A stretch of 20,000 nt of DNA from Catajapyx aquilonaris (taxonomy: Eukaryota). The notes beneath the pieces were generated by a model that was given only the letters and a program-made list of their open reading frames with translations, had not been told where the DNA came from and ran no database searches. Positions 1 through 11,552 of the stretch are shown piece by piece; the first letter of the stretch is position 1, and each line of letters opens with the position of its first letter. Both the position numbers and the translations under genes were made by a program. The stretch is from NCBI GenBank assembly GCA_000934665.2, contig JYFJ02001761.1, positions 50,518 through 70,517 on the forward strand. The letters run 5' to 3'.

Positions 1-560
1 GGCGTGTGTTCGCTTTTGGAGCAAAAATTCCCTAGGAATATTAGTACTGCTTAAAAGTTATGACGCACATGATATTACAGTACCTCTTCTAATAACAGAG
101 ACCCTAATTACTGCTTATGAGAATACTTTCATGATTGGGTCAAAATAACAATTATAATTTAATTAACCATGTCGGGTACGATCAAATATTTCTCTAGGAA
201 GCATATCGATCAAATGATACACAAACAATACGTTGGAATTGGAGAATCATTTCCAGTGCGATAAATGACACAAAATGGCAGAATTTCTGACGCATCGTAG
301 AATTGATCTGGTAACGAACGGATTTTTTTTTGCAAACTAAAATTCGCCCACACTGTATCCGCATATTACATATTAACACGTAACTACTTAAAATACCAAG
401 GGATTGCGACTCGTGGAGGTCAAGTAATTGCTCAGGGTCATCTGACTGTCATACACCACTCCTCTTTATATACGTCATCATGTTGACACGTCATGAAAAA
501 TTTTCGCAAAATGTTTTTTTGAAGTGTGTAAACTGCCCGTTTGTGTTTGCGCACACCGTG
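1..560 (+). mobile_element. Decayed Tc1/mariner-superfamily element, 3' end of transposase plus right TIR
   Basis: 198-290 translates, with a frameshift and stop, to EAYRSNDTQTIRWNWR/SFPVR*MTQNGRIS, resembling the C-terminal pattern of Tc1/mariner transposases. The region ends in ...TTTGCGCACACCGTG followed by TA (561-562), a typical terminus. The left end is not in the window. Confidence 0.4.
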
Positions 561-1925
561 TATACATATGTCAAAATTTCCGGGCCGACATTTTCGCAAC
601 GATTGCGATTTGTTGCATTTGGCAACCAGCCTTTTACACCTCGCTGATTGGCCGCAAAAAAAATTGGTTAAGAGTCTTCTTCCTCTGTCGGCTTCAACTT
701 TAGTAGCTCCCATTAAATAATAATAGCATTATTGCCCACCCAGTTGCGTCACGTGCAATTCAAGGATAGTTTACCAATATTTTCCAACCGAGGTGTTTGT
801 ACCGGAATCGGAGCATGTAACTAACTTATGCCGATTCGTTTGCTGCCGAAATAGCCTTCGGGTTTGTTTAATGAGCCGGATCCAATTAAATGACAACTTG
901 TGAATCTGCAAAGTGATCAATGATATCGATTTACCCCAAAAAAAATATTGACTTGTAATGTCCCGACCTAATTTTCAAAAAACTGTAACCTGCAACCAAA
1001 ATGAAATCCAATTCGTCTGACCCGCATAGGCTACATTACACATCATTTCGAAGGATTGCTATTGGGCATAGGACAATCCCATATGTTTTTTTTATCTCAG
1101 CCAACAAAGGTCGATCCGGAATCCCCACCTAGAAGCGACACATCTATAGGAAATTGCATGGGGTTGGCAAATGCTTTTCAGCAAAACCTCGGCGGAATTG
1201 AAAGTGGATCCCATTCCACCATGATGGCTTCGTAGTACCTGGCACAACAAGTAGGGTGTTATGTTCAACGACCAAAGAAATGGCGAACGACACTACTTGT
1301 CAATAATGTTCGTTTTTAGGAACATTATTGAGCAGTCAGGTTCGCAATTTTAATTTTAAATTTAATTTAAGTAAGAAGTGGGTGGTGACATTTAAGACCC
1401 ACTCCATACTGTACACCAAGTACTCTGACGTCATTTAAGCACTGTAATCTCTACGTCAATGATTGCGTAGAATCTCCCTTAAGCATTCCTTTATGGAGCG
1501 TGTCTCTCATTAATTATGTTTGGGGTGTGGTGGTGGATTTCATGGCATGAAAAGAAGGCCATCCTTTAATAACAGTGAGAACAGTGATCTTTATCGTTGG
1601 AGGGAAAAGTGCTTTTTATATAACACCACTTTTTTATGTTGGTCTGTTGGAAGGGGAAGAGAGGCAAAAGTAGGTTCTTTTAAGGGGGGGGTTAAAAATA
1701 GTGTTGGTCACACATTTTGCAGCTGCGGTTTGGTTGGGGTACGTTGCGACAATTTCTGGTGGTGTTTTTCTGGTGTTTTCCAAGGAAATAGCATGCAGTA
1801 TTCATACAGAACTTGTGATATCACCACTTGGCGATGTTGCCATATTGGACTCAATTAATGATTTGATTCATACTTTAAGTGAGCCTTGAACCAACTTATG
1901 AAACTCGACTCCAAAAGAGTTGGAC

Positions 1926-1939
1926 GTTGCCATGGTAAC
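1926..1939. promoter_or_regulatory. RFX X-box motif GTTGCCATGGTAAC
   Basis: Exact match to the near-palindromic RFX consensus GTTNCCATGGNAAC. A second half-site, GTTGCCAT, lies at 1836-1843. Confidence 0.55.
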
Positions 1940-4900
1940 AGAGGACATGTCAACTGGCGGTTAAATTTAACAGTGCGTTTAAGAATACCATCATGTTTAT
2001 CAACATTGCATGCGCCTAACAGGGGGTGGAGCCAAGTTGTATATACCCAATCAAGAAGTGGGGGTCCTCCCCACCAAAAATTTGTATTAAAAAAAGTGGG
2101 GCATTCCCATTAGCACGTAAAGGCGACTATGCATTGTACGGCATCGAAGTCATAGTCCCGAAAAATCTATGAGAGAAGCCATCCGGAGTGGGTTGGGGCG
2201 GGGCTATCCGGAGTGGGGTGAGATGGGGCAGGCGGGCAAAGGGGGTGGATGAATCCGGATCGGGGCAATGCCCCGGATTCCCATGCACCCCGGATATACC
2301 ATACTTTTTTTTCTTAGAAAAAAAAATACATGCAACACACCACACAGCAAACAGTGCAATGCAAGAGGGGTGACGTAACGTACCCATGTCGACTAGCCAC
2401 ACAGCAGGTGCCTCCATCCTTTTTTGAGGATCTGTTGGGGTCGACAGGACACTAGAATCCGGGTGGTCACATGTGACCTTAGGGGGGTCACGGCAATGGG
2501 TGGAGAGAGGAGCGATGCATTAGAGGGACCGAGCAGCGGGTCGGCTGCTGGCAGACTGATCGGTGTTTTGGTGCGGGGATGGGCCGGCAGATGGCAGACG
2601 GACTGGGGCAACAACCGTCACATGCGCGCCTCTATGCACACTCTATGATTGTCCCATATTTACAAATAGATCGATGTAAACACTTGAAATTCGAGTATTA
2701 CCAGCCAGATTGATTTAATTATGAAACACGTTAAAATATACGGAAAATCATCCTTGAGAACAATGCCAGACGAATTTGCTGAAATCGACGCACTTTTCGA
2801 AAATAATGTTTAAATAGCAAAAAAAAAAATGATTGTAAACTTTCACTTTTCACCAAAATGTCCATTTTCAAGTGGAATGACCCTACAAACTTTGTCACAT
2901 AGCAATTGCCAAATAAAAGTATGGAAATCATGCCGTAATTTCTCTTTATTGACTCATAAACAACAAACAGTATTGATCAAATATTTGTGCTTACCAATAT
3001 GACACTTAGGAAATTGTAGGGAGGCCAAGAGGGTCCATGGGGGGGGGGAAATAAAGCCGAACGTGATTAAGAGTAACTCCCTGAATTAGCCATGTGTATA
3101 CAGTACAAGTGCTGAAGATGGATAGGAACATGACAGTTGTGTCCACAAAAATTTTAACAAGTGGTTTTTGGTTAGGTGCAGAATGGCGCCTGCACGTTGT
3201 GGTTATTCGCTTGCCAATTTGCATCCATTTGCTTTGGGGACGTTCACCACATTGGTCCCTCCTCCTACTTTGGCAATCTAGTGTCGGCTTTTTTCAACTG
3301 ACTATTAATGTGTGGTCAATACTGCAATATATATATATATTATAAATGTTGGTACATAAGAGTATGATTGTGATTATCACATATGAATTTGTTGATGCAG
3401 CTCCATGGTTGCGGGTAAAAAACTGCGGGACAAGAATTGGAAAGCTGCAAAGAGCACCTCAGCCATTTAGCATATTTCAGCCTCCTCCCCCTTGAGACAA
3501 AATGGTAATGGGGGTGGAAACGGAGTCCAAATGCTACCCTGAATGAAAATTAAAAATTGTCAACGTAAACCCTCTTCTCCCCTTTCATAATGAACGACAG
3601 GGTTAATACTTTAAATCCCTACATTTCTCTTCAAAATTCCCCTGAACCTGTATACCACATTTATTATTATTATTATTATCATTATTATTACTTCCGCTTA
3701 AGTCAAAAGTTACAGTCCGGAACTGACTAAGTTTAACTTTTCGCTTAATTTTTGCGGACTTGATCACACTGATAAACATGACACCACGCTTTGCAATACC
3801 TAAACACTGATATGCATTTATCATAATCTGCATCATTTGGGTCAAGTTTTTTTTAATCCTTATTTTCCTCTTCCTTTGGTTATTGCTATTATCTGTACTG
3901 ATAGCCACTTCTTTCTTTGTTCTAAAAGTTGCCTGGCAATCGCAACTATCCAACATTTGTATTTCGTAACTGAATTGAAGCTCTTCATTACATAGTTATT
4001 GTACTGTGAATGTAACACACTCATTACTTATCACTACATGGTTGCAATCATAGCGTATATCACTTTTTTTGTGTGGAAATTATTAACATAAGGATGTGAA
4101 CGACAATACTGTAAACTATAGGTGGAAAAAGTGAAATGGGATTGTTCAGTCAAACTTAGCGCTGCTGTCCTACAATAGCAAGCTGCCCTACACTAACTGT
4201 AAGCACCAGGTGAAATTATGGTGATGTCTTGACTGGACCTTTTAGTGTAGGGTAATTATGACGTCCTTCATTCATTGAGAAGGTTGCAACAACTGATGGG
4301 AACATACATGCAATGCATTACAGCACCACTGTATTTGCAGCATGTCGCCCATCGGCTGTTACAGTCTTACATAGGACAGCAGAACAGTGGTACACAATGT
4401 AGCGTGTAGAGAGGACATCTGTGCATAATAAGTCAATGACTGAAACTGCATGCATTTTGCAGGACAAGCTAATAAGGCAGGTCCTTAAGGCTTCAGGATA
4501 CCAATTCCTAATCTGCATGCGCCCTAAAGGCTCAGATGGTGGAACGTGATATGGGCTGCGTAAGCTGCTCCCACTTGGGACTGGTTAAATTTTGAGCACA
4601 TGTCTGCTTATTTTGAGTCATCTTCATGACACTGTTGCAAAGACAAGTTTTCCCAATTTTGTCGAATCTGATTTCATAATGTAGACAATTGTCCATCCAG
4701 ACTATACCTATGATTTTTGACTTTCCTGTATTGTATGCAAAAAAAACAAAAAGGGAGGAAATTGACTTTTGGTATCTCTCATCTGTTGAAGTCATCAACA
4801 CAAACTCTGCAGATGTCCATTCTACAATGCTACAGGCACTACATTTATGGTCAGCAATAACAATACCAAATGAATATGAGTGACAATCTGCTACAGAACT

Positions 4901-5702
4901 TGCGTCTTGAATAATGCAGACGGTCTGAATAAATCAAATTGTGCGGTATACATGAAACAAGAATCCCTTGCATTCTACTCCAAAACATGGACTTCAAAAA
5001 AATATATAGAGGTATATAAGTGCCAAATGCTTTAAACTGAACTAGCATCAACTAATGCCAAGAATGTTGGGAAGGTGGGGGGCAAAATCCAAAGTCTTTC
5101 AAATCTGCAGGGAATGTGGTTGGCACTTATTGGTGAACAAGGCAGTGTGGGAGACAGGCATAAACTGCACTGAGTAGATAATTTGTATGCAGAATTGGTA
5201 TCAAATAAGGTTGGGCCTGACAGTTCTGACAGGAATAAGCGCTAAAAGGAACCTTCCCATTTTTTTCCCCTTATTTTGGAGGTTTTCTGCTTTTTTTTTT
5301 GGTTTGTTTGTTTGTAAATCAGATGCAGTTAATGGGTGCTACAACCTACGCCCTACCAAAAAACAGGAGGAATACAAAACACCTAAGGCCATTGTTTAGA
5401 TTTGTCTAGTCAAGAATGTAATAATAGATTTTTTTGTTAATTCTAAGGCGCGATCTGGGGGTCATTCGTAAGCTCTCGTGTAGTAGTATTGGGCGCAGTA
5501 AATGGGAGTAAACACATGACATAATAAGAACCTCTATTTTTTCCTCTTTTCCATCCTACAAATTGGTTTCTGAGGTACCCTTTTCCTCCTACCAAGTAAT
5601 TTCTCTTGCATGGGCAAGTCAGGTGGTTCTGTTAAATCAAACAAGCTCCCAGGGGTTTTTCTTTGAAATTAAGAAACTAAAGGGATTAATTTCCAACTCT
5701 CA

Positions 5703-8700
5703 TCAGTCCTCCAGGTCTTCATACTCAGACCAGTCTGATTCGTCGGAGTCGAAAAAAAAATCAAGGAGAACATCCTCCACATCCGTGGCGCTCACCCAGC
5801 GGGATTCCCACTCCTCCAAAAACTCCCACAGGGTTATGCTCTGTTTGGATGCAAAAGAAGTGCAAATTATGACATGTTCAGAAGGCACTGGAAACCAAGA
5901 ATAATGAGAATGACTGACCTGCACAACATCAACCTCCCCACTTGCATTGTGCCGTCTCTGTCTCTGGGGGGGTCCTACATCTGTTTTGGTCCCATCTGGA
6001 AGGGCATGGAGATAGAAGCACTTGTTCCCGAAGGGACATTCTCCACGTCCTTGTTTGAAGTACTTGCATGCCTTTTGGCTGGAAAGAAATTATGTCATTA
6101 GCATTGCAACTCCAAAATTCCACAACTATTACATAGGTATGGATGCACTTACTCCACAACCCTTTTATTGATTTATTACACCTAGTATATTCAATAGGGG
6201 GTGATTCCAGTTGGTAGTGTTTACCCTCAGGGGCAGTGTTTCTCAAATTTTTTTGAACGCAGCAGACTTTGAGAGAGCAAAATAACGCTGCAGTCCTCTC
6301 TAAAGCCACTTATTCCCTGAGTAAATTGTCCGTCACTAGTTAAATTCCAATACTGAATTTGAATTGTAGCCCACCGGGGGGGTCCTCTGGCCCACTGGTG
6401 AGCTGGGGACTAAACTAGAAGAACCACCATTCTATTCTAGGGGATGCCAAGGATAAAGAGTTAGGTGAAAAAAAAAGTTGTTTGTAAATTTCATTAGTTT
6501 TAAATCCCTTTTCAATGGAATCATTGAACAAAACCCCTTTGGCATGTTGCAATTGAAGCCTAACTCCTAACACGTGAAATGTAGGCCAAGGCCTTCCAAA
6601 CAAAACCAACGTTTCATCACACCATGCATGTACCACACATTGAGTTGGCAGGTTTTCATCACTGTTCATCAGGGTAGCAGGCATCTTGCTCGCCCTAATT
6701 TTCCAGTTACCTATCATCATCATCATCATCATTTACTTCACGGCAAAATAATCCCATAGAGGGGTAGCCAGCGGAGTACAGGTTGCCCCTGTCCCCCTCG
6801 TATGACCTACAAAATGACACTACTAGTTACCTATCATAATACAGTAAAACCTTGATATAACGCTTTCCCACTTTTAACGTCCCCTTCTTCCAATCCCTTG
6901 ATCAGTTCCATAAGGTAAATATTCCCACCTATAACGCTACTTTTGAGTGGTCCCTTGAAGAGCATTATATCAAGGTTTTACTCTATTTAGGCTACTGATT
7001 TTTGAAATTGAAACTAGTTTCACTGAATCTGTGCAACAAATTTGAACAAGAGCTGGGGGAAGTATTTCACACAGAAACTGAAGGTGCTTGGTACATGCCA
7101 CACAAGCTTCATGTAACGAGCTTCCTTAGGTCCGAGTGGCCTACGATGTGTGGTTGTCACTCCTGAGGGAGCCAAATCATGTCACGTCTGCTGTGCCATT
7201 CAAAGGCAAGTGACAACCACACATTGTAGGCCATTCGGACCTTCTCTTCCCTGTACTGGTTTTCCCCAAGGAAGCTTGTTACGTGAAACTTGTGTATCAT
7301 TTACCAACCACCCGGTATATCACCCATCTGATACATGTTATACCTCATCTAATTCAACCTGGCAGGGAAAGTACCACCTCTCTTTCCAGCAGGCAATGAT
7401 GCAAGCAATTCAATTGGAACTGAATACATCATTGGTTGGTGGGTAGAAGGGGCAGTGGGGCTACTGTGAAGTAATCTTGGTGAATAAGCATGCATAAATA
7501 CAAATAAAAAAGCTTTGGAAATGCCAGTTCAAGGTCTCGGTACAACAAATAATTAATACCAATCAGTTAGACTGACCTGAGGGCCACCTTATACTCCTCG
7601 AGCAGCTTGTCCTTCTCTTCTTTTGTCTCCACCCAAAATCGGCTGGGGCACACATAGTCAGAGAGAACCCTGCACTCGGGGCAGGCCCTGATAATCTTGT
7701 TCTCAAACTGCTTAGCCTGCCGCCACTTGCGAATGCAAGGCAGGCAGAAGCAGTGGGTGCATTTCGGGAGGATTCCAAAGCGTTGGAGAGATGGCGGATG
7801 TTTTTCCATAATCACCTCCATGCAAATTCCACAGCTCTTGTCCTTGGATCGTGCCACGGCAAAGGAGAGCTCCATGTCCTTCTCGTGTTGCTTGAGGCAC
7901 TCCTCTGTGTGTTGCTTGCGCAGGGCCTCATCGAGTGGGTGCATACATGCGTGCCCACATAGCTCACACACTTCCCCATGGATGTATGGGCAGTCCAGGC
8001 CAAACTTGCACTCACCCACCATTGCAAATGGACAGAGCTCACCCTCCAGCAACTCCACTGAATCACCCTCCACAGACGGAGCTTTGCCCGCCTCAGGGTT
8101 CACAGCTGCTGCATAGGATTTAGGGACGGCTGTGAAAAGCAAGAAGTGAATTACAGTTGCGTCACAATTACATAGGGTGGCTTTTTCATCCTATTGCTAA
8201 ATCTCTGCTAGCAGCCTAGTTCTTCTAGTAGTGAGGATTTTCCTATACGCTTTTTCATGGGCTACCATATTTATTAGCTGCTGACACTGGTATTGCTCAC
8301 TAGCAGAGGGACAAAAAACCCACCCTTCATTTTTACAAATTACTAGTGAAATAAAAATAGTACTTCAGACACTGTGTAAGTCAGCAAGAAAGCATAAACA
8401 AGTATCTTCTTTGTATGAAAGCCCTAATGAAAGCCAACTAATCTTGCCGAGATAACATTGTTGCAAGTGTTCCTCGGCCAGTAATAAGCTACAATCAAAG
8501 TTCCAACCCATAGCATTTTGAAGATAGCAGATATCTTACCATTTCTTAATAACAATCACAGGTTTAACACTTTTGCATGTATTCCCTTCATTGATAGGGC
8601 ATATTATCCACCTAATTGTATAATTATGAAGGCTTTTAAACACTTAATTAGGTATATCTTTATACATACTCATAGATATGTTATTTATTGTAATGCAGTT

Positions 8701-10908
8701 TGAGTGTTTGAATCAAGCCATCTTATGGTATATTGCATGAATTTTTATATGCAACAGTATTTGAGCAATTTTGATGTCCATTGACTACATATTTTAAACA
8801 AAAAGTAGTACAAACAAAAAGTACTTTCATTTCTGCCTGAATGGGCTATTAACCTCAGCAGCAGTATGAGAATTTAGACTCTTGAATAAACACCACCTCT
8901 TACCACACACAAGGAATTTTAAAATTTCAACATGCATTAAAACGGACCAAACAGCATGAGGCTTGGAAGACTTTACATTGTCTGTTGGTTCGCTAAGCCT
9001 AAGATTAGCAGTTCCAGCTTTCAATATCTCACCTATATAAGATGGAACAAACTCAGGTGCATTGACCCATTCCTCCATATGCTTCGAAAGGGTTGTGGAA
9101 ATATCCTTTGTGGCATTCTCCTCTTTGTCCTTCTTCCTGAAGGTGGTGAAACTGAGAGAGGGTACGAGTTAATTGTACTCTCATGGTAATATTCTACTCA
9201 TTGTAGTGACAGGCTGAACCTGCAAGTTTTTGTTCACTTGATAGTCACATAAGAAGGTGCATTGTTTTGATTGCTTCGAGTTTTTGCAAGACTTTTGTCC
9301 AACATGTGCTATTAACAGTGTTGTTGACTCTGGCTCTTCCAGTATGTATTGAGAACTCAAAATTCCTCAGTAGTTTACCTTGGCTCAGGATTCTTGTCTT
9401 CCCTCTTGCTCTGCAATACTACTGTTGGACGCAGACTCGGACTGTGTCCCCTGCTAAGGCTGGAATTCGAACTGGAACTGGCCGGTCCATTCGATGTGGT
9501 TACAGATGTGTTCCTGTTCTCCGTATGGGAAAACCTGATTGACATCAAGAAATTTGAGTATTTCAGTGCAAAGTCAACAACAAATCAAGCCATATAAAAA
9601 GTGACATATTTCTCTCCCTTGACATTACCTGCACCTGTCTCCATACATGCAGTTCCCCCTAGCAAAGAACTTGCATGGCATGTTAGACCTTGGCAATGGC
9701 TGTCCACCAGGGCTGTTGGAATGGGAATAGCGGCAACTTGAGCCTTCCCGACACATGCCATTCATAAAGTACCTGGTTGGAAATCACGGGATTAAGAAGC
9801 ATAATATTAAAATTCACCTTTATGCTAGTGATCAACAGGTTATAAATTCATTTGAAGCATTGCACCCAACCCAATCACAAGGGATACAGTGGCCGACAAG
9901 AAACATGAACAAAAGGGATGGAGTCAGCATATATTACAAATGCCTGGCATAATTCAGAAACCTTTATGTCTGCATGTAGCGATGATGATCAAGCAATTGC
10001 ATCATACTAAGCTAAATCCGCAGGCTATATGGCAGCACACCACAGCACTTGGAAATTTACAGGCGATATTGCAAGCCGGAATGGAAATCAATATGTGACA
10101 GTCTACTGTTACAACTTGATAATATTGAATGAGTAGCTACAGGCTAGAGCTTTCCACATCCACTTTTACTGGTTTTACAGCACTGGTGTGACTGTCGCAC
10201 CATGCGCACTCTCTCTACATATTTTGATCAGAAATGCCTGGTATTTGTAGGCCTCAGCTAGTACGTTGGCCCGTCTTACTAGCCTGTTTGAGGTTTTTAG
10301 GGGGGTGCTTGTAAGTCATTAAGATGGACAAACCCATCGCAGGCGACAAACTTGTGGAATGGAACAACTGCAACGGAGCGCTTCCGCTGCCCCCTACATC
10401 ACCCCTGTTGGCACGCATTCCGACGACCACCCAGGTTGGCCAACCCATACGCATGTGAACTGTGTCTGGACCATGGTCTGGACCGGGCCCTCTGTGGTGT
10501 GTGAGTGGTCCGCATGACCCGATTGATGCCCCCCAGTGCATGCAGCCCCCACCCCTCTTTACGATTGCCCCATCCTCCAACCCACATCGGTCTGCCCCTG
10601 TTGTGGCCCGCCTTTCCCCTTACTAAACAGCAGTGCACTTTCCATGCCCGGGGGCCCGCCCGCTGTCGGATCTGGCCTTTCCCCACACAGCCCCACAGTT
10701 TGGCTCACCTGCAAGGGATAGTGGACGACGAGCTGGCTGCCATTTTGCTCTGCTCTCCCTCCCTCCTCCCCGAACTCTCCCCTTCCTCCTCCTCCTCCTC
10801 CCCCTTCTCCCGCCAACTGTCCTCGGCCGAAGGAGGGCAACACTCGCCCGCACCCGGCTGTGCACCCCCCGGCGGCGGTTGCAAGAGGCCGCACTCCGGG
10901 TCACTCAT
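5703..10908 (-). CDS. MKRN1: Makorin RING finger E3 ubiquitin ligase (MKRN1-like), 7 coding exons, 489 aa
   Basis: Exons (minus): 10908-10709, 9772-9629, 9534-9379, 9151-9033, 8129-7577, 6078-5919, 5840-5703. All introns GT..AG, phases 2,2,2,1,2,0, total 1470 nt. Protein has CCCH1 ([19 protein letters not shown]), CCCH2 ([19 protein letters not shown]), a PAM2-like motif WVNAPEFVP (~9072-9043), CCCH3 ([19 protein letters not shown]), the makorin Cys-His motif ([11 protein letters not shown]...HTEEC), a C3HC4 RING ([11 protein letters not shown]...[21 protein letters not shown]...RACPEC), a C-terminal CCCH ([21 protein letters not shown]) and an acidic tail. Start in CAAC-ATG context; tandem TGA TGA stop. 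Confidence 0.95.
6718..6824 (-). mobile_element. 5'-truncated RTE-like non-LTR retrotransposon 3' end with (ATG)n tail (Makorin intron 5)
   Basis: Flanked by 13-bp direct repeat AGTTACCTATCAT (6705-6717, 6825-6837). Minus strand reads CGCTGGCTACCCCTCTATGGGA...GCCGTGAAGTAA(ATG)n, similar to the 3' end of the element at 16899-17050. Confidence 0.7.
6842..6983. mobile_element. Tigger/pogo-type MITE (142 bp)
   Basis: TIRs CAGTAAAACCTTGATATAAcGCT / AGCaTTATATCAAGGTTTTACTc; TA on both sides (6840-41, 6984-85). Confidence 0.8.
8175..8325. mobile_element. Degenerate MITE in Makorin intron 4
   Basis: Imperfect ~25-bp TIRs: GGGTGGCTTTTTCATCCTATTGCTA versus reverse complement of the right end GGGTGGGTTTTTTGTCCCTCTGCTA. 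TA on the left flank. Confidence 0.5.
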
Positions 10909-10925
10909 GTTGCTCTCTAGTAGGC

Positions 10926-10940
10926 CTGGAAAAGAAGAAG
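10926..10940 (-). other. Splice acceptor in the Makorin 5' UTR, implying an upstream non-coding exon
   Basis: Minus strand CTTCTTCTTTTCCAG|G, 17 nt before the ATG at 10908. Candidate donors AG|GTAATC (exon end 11161) and AG|GTGAAG (exon end 11173). Confidence 0.6.
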
Positions 10941-11304
10941 AGCTGCACATCTTCAGACTTCAGAACTACTCTGAAACTAACAATGCTGGCCCGCGATGGA
11001 CGTGTCACAGAGCGGCTTTTTTTGAACATGAACACAGCTATTGCTTCAGGTCTATTTGCTACATTAAGATTTGGAATGTTGGCGCCACGAACTTATCACG
11101 CACACAAAATATTTTGACGTGTGCCACAGACAGCTTGAGAGTACATGGCACACCGATTACCTTGGGCTTCACCTATTCCACTAGATCGCAGGACGGATCC
11201 AGCAACAAACCGACTTCAAATATGGTACAGATTCTGCTGGAACCCTCTATAGACTTCTCACCAAACAAACTGGAAACAAATGACTGGCACTGATTGTTAA
11301 ACAT

Positions 11305-11310
11305 TTTATT
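11305..11310 (-). terminator. Candidate AK9 polyadenylation signal AATAAA
   Basis: First canonical AATAAA I found on the minus strand after the AK9 stop (~240 nt downstream), followed by U/GU-rich sequence (TTTGTTTCCAGTTTGTTTGG). Confidence 0.5.
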
Positions 11311-11552
11311 AAAAAACAAAAACACAACAACAGCCTGACAACAGTGCATAAATAAGGCAACGTAATCAAAGCACAACAATATTTGCACATCTCTTCCTGA
11401 ACAATAAAGAAAAAAGAAGAAGAAAAAAGCAACTAGGTGTTGTTTGCTCTCTCTCGCTCTCTCTCTCTTATTATTTTTGATTCTTGCATAATGATAGTAA
11501 CAACAACATTGATACATCATGGCGCACATTGTCAAGAGTACCGAGGGGGTCG

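Noticed and set aside
198..310. Plus-strand exon-like segment with CAAA-ATG (MAEFLTHRRIDL|gtaacg)
   Set aside because: Better explained as decayed transposase sequence; no downstream exon found.
1130..1238. Exon-like minus-strand segment (cag|GTACTACGAAGCC...CTAG|gtgggg)
   Set aside because: Two frames contain stops, the third resembles nothing I recognise, and the donor is weak.
3112..3150. Hammerhead-like CTGAAGA-TGGATA...TGTCCA-CAAA
   Set aside because: The essential GAAA box reads CAAA and I could not build stems I and III. At best a dead Penelope-type remnant.
3603..3956. 117-aa minus-strand ORF; an alternative frame has CKAWCH (PHD-like)
   Set aside because: Cys spacing incomplete and frames disrupted. 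Possibly a decayed transposase tail, but not supportable.
3660..5702. Extent of the Makorin 3' UTR
   Set aside because: The first canonical minus-strand AATAAA I found is ~2 kb downstream (3665-3660) inside a TAT repeat. The 3' end cannot be fixed from sequence alone.
7697..8123. Plus-strand ORFs over Makorin exon 5
   Set aside because: Antisense shadows of the RING exon.
10505..11293. 262-aa plus-strand ORF and other overlapping ORFs around Makorin exon 1
   Set aside because: Antisense or alternative-frame shadows of a GC-rich exon and intron; no recognisable domain.
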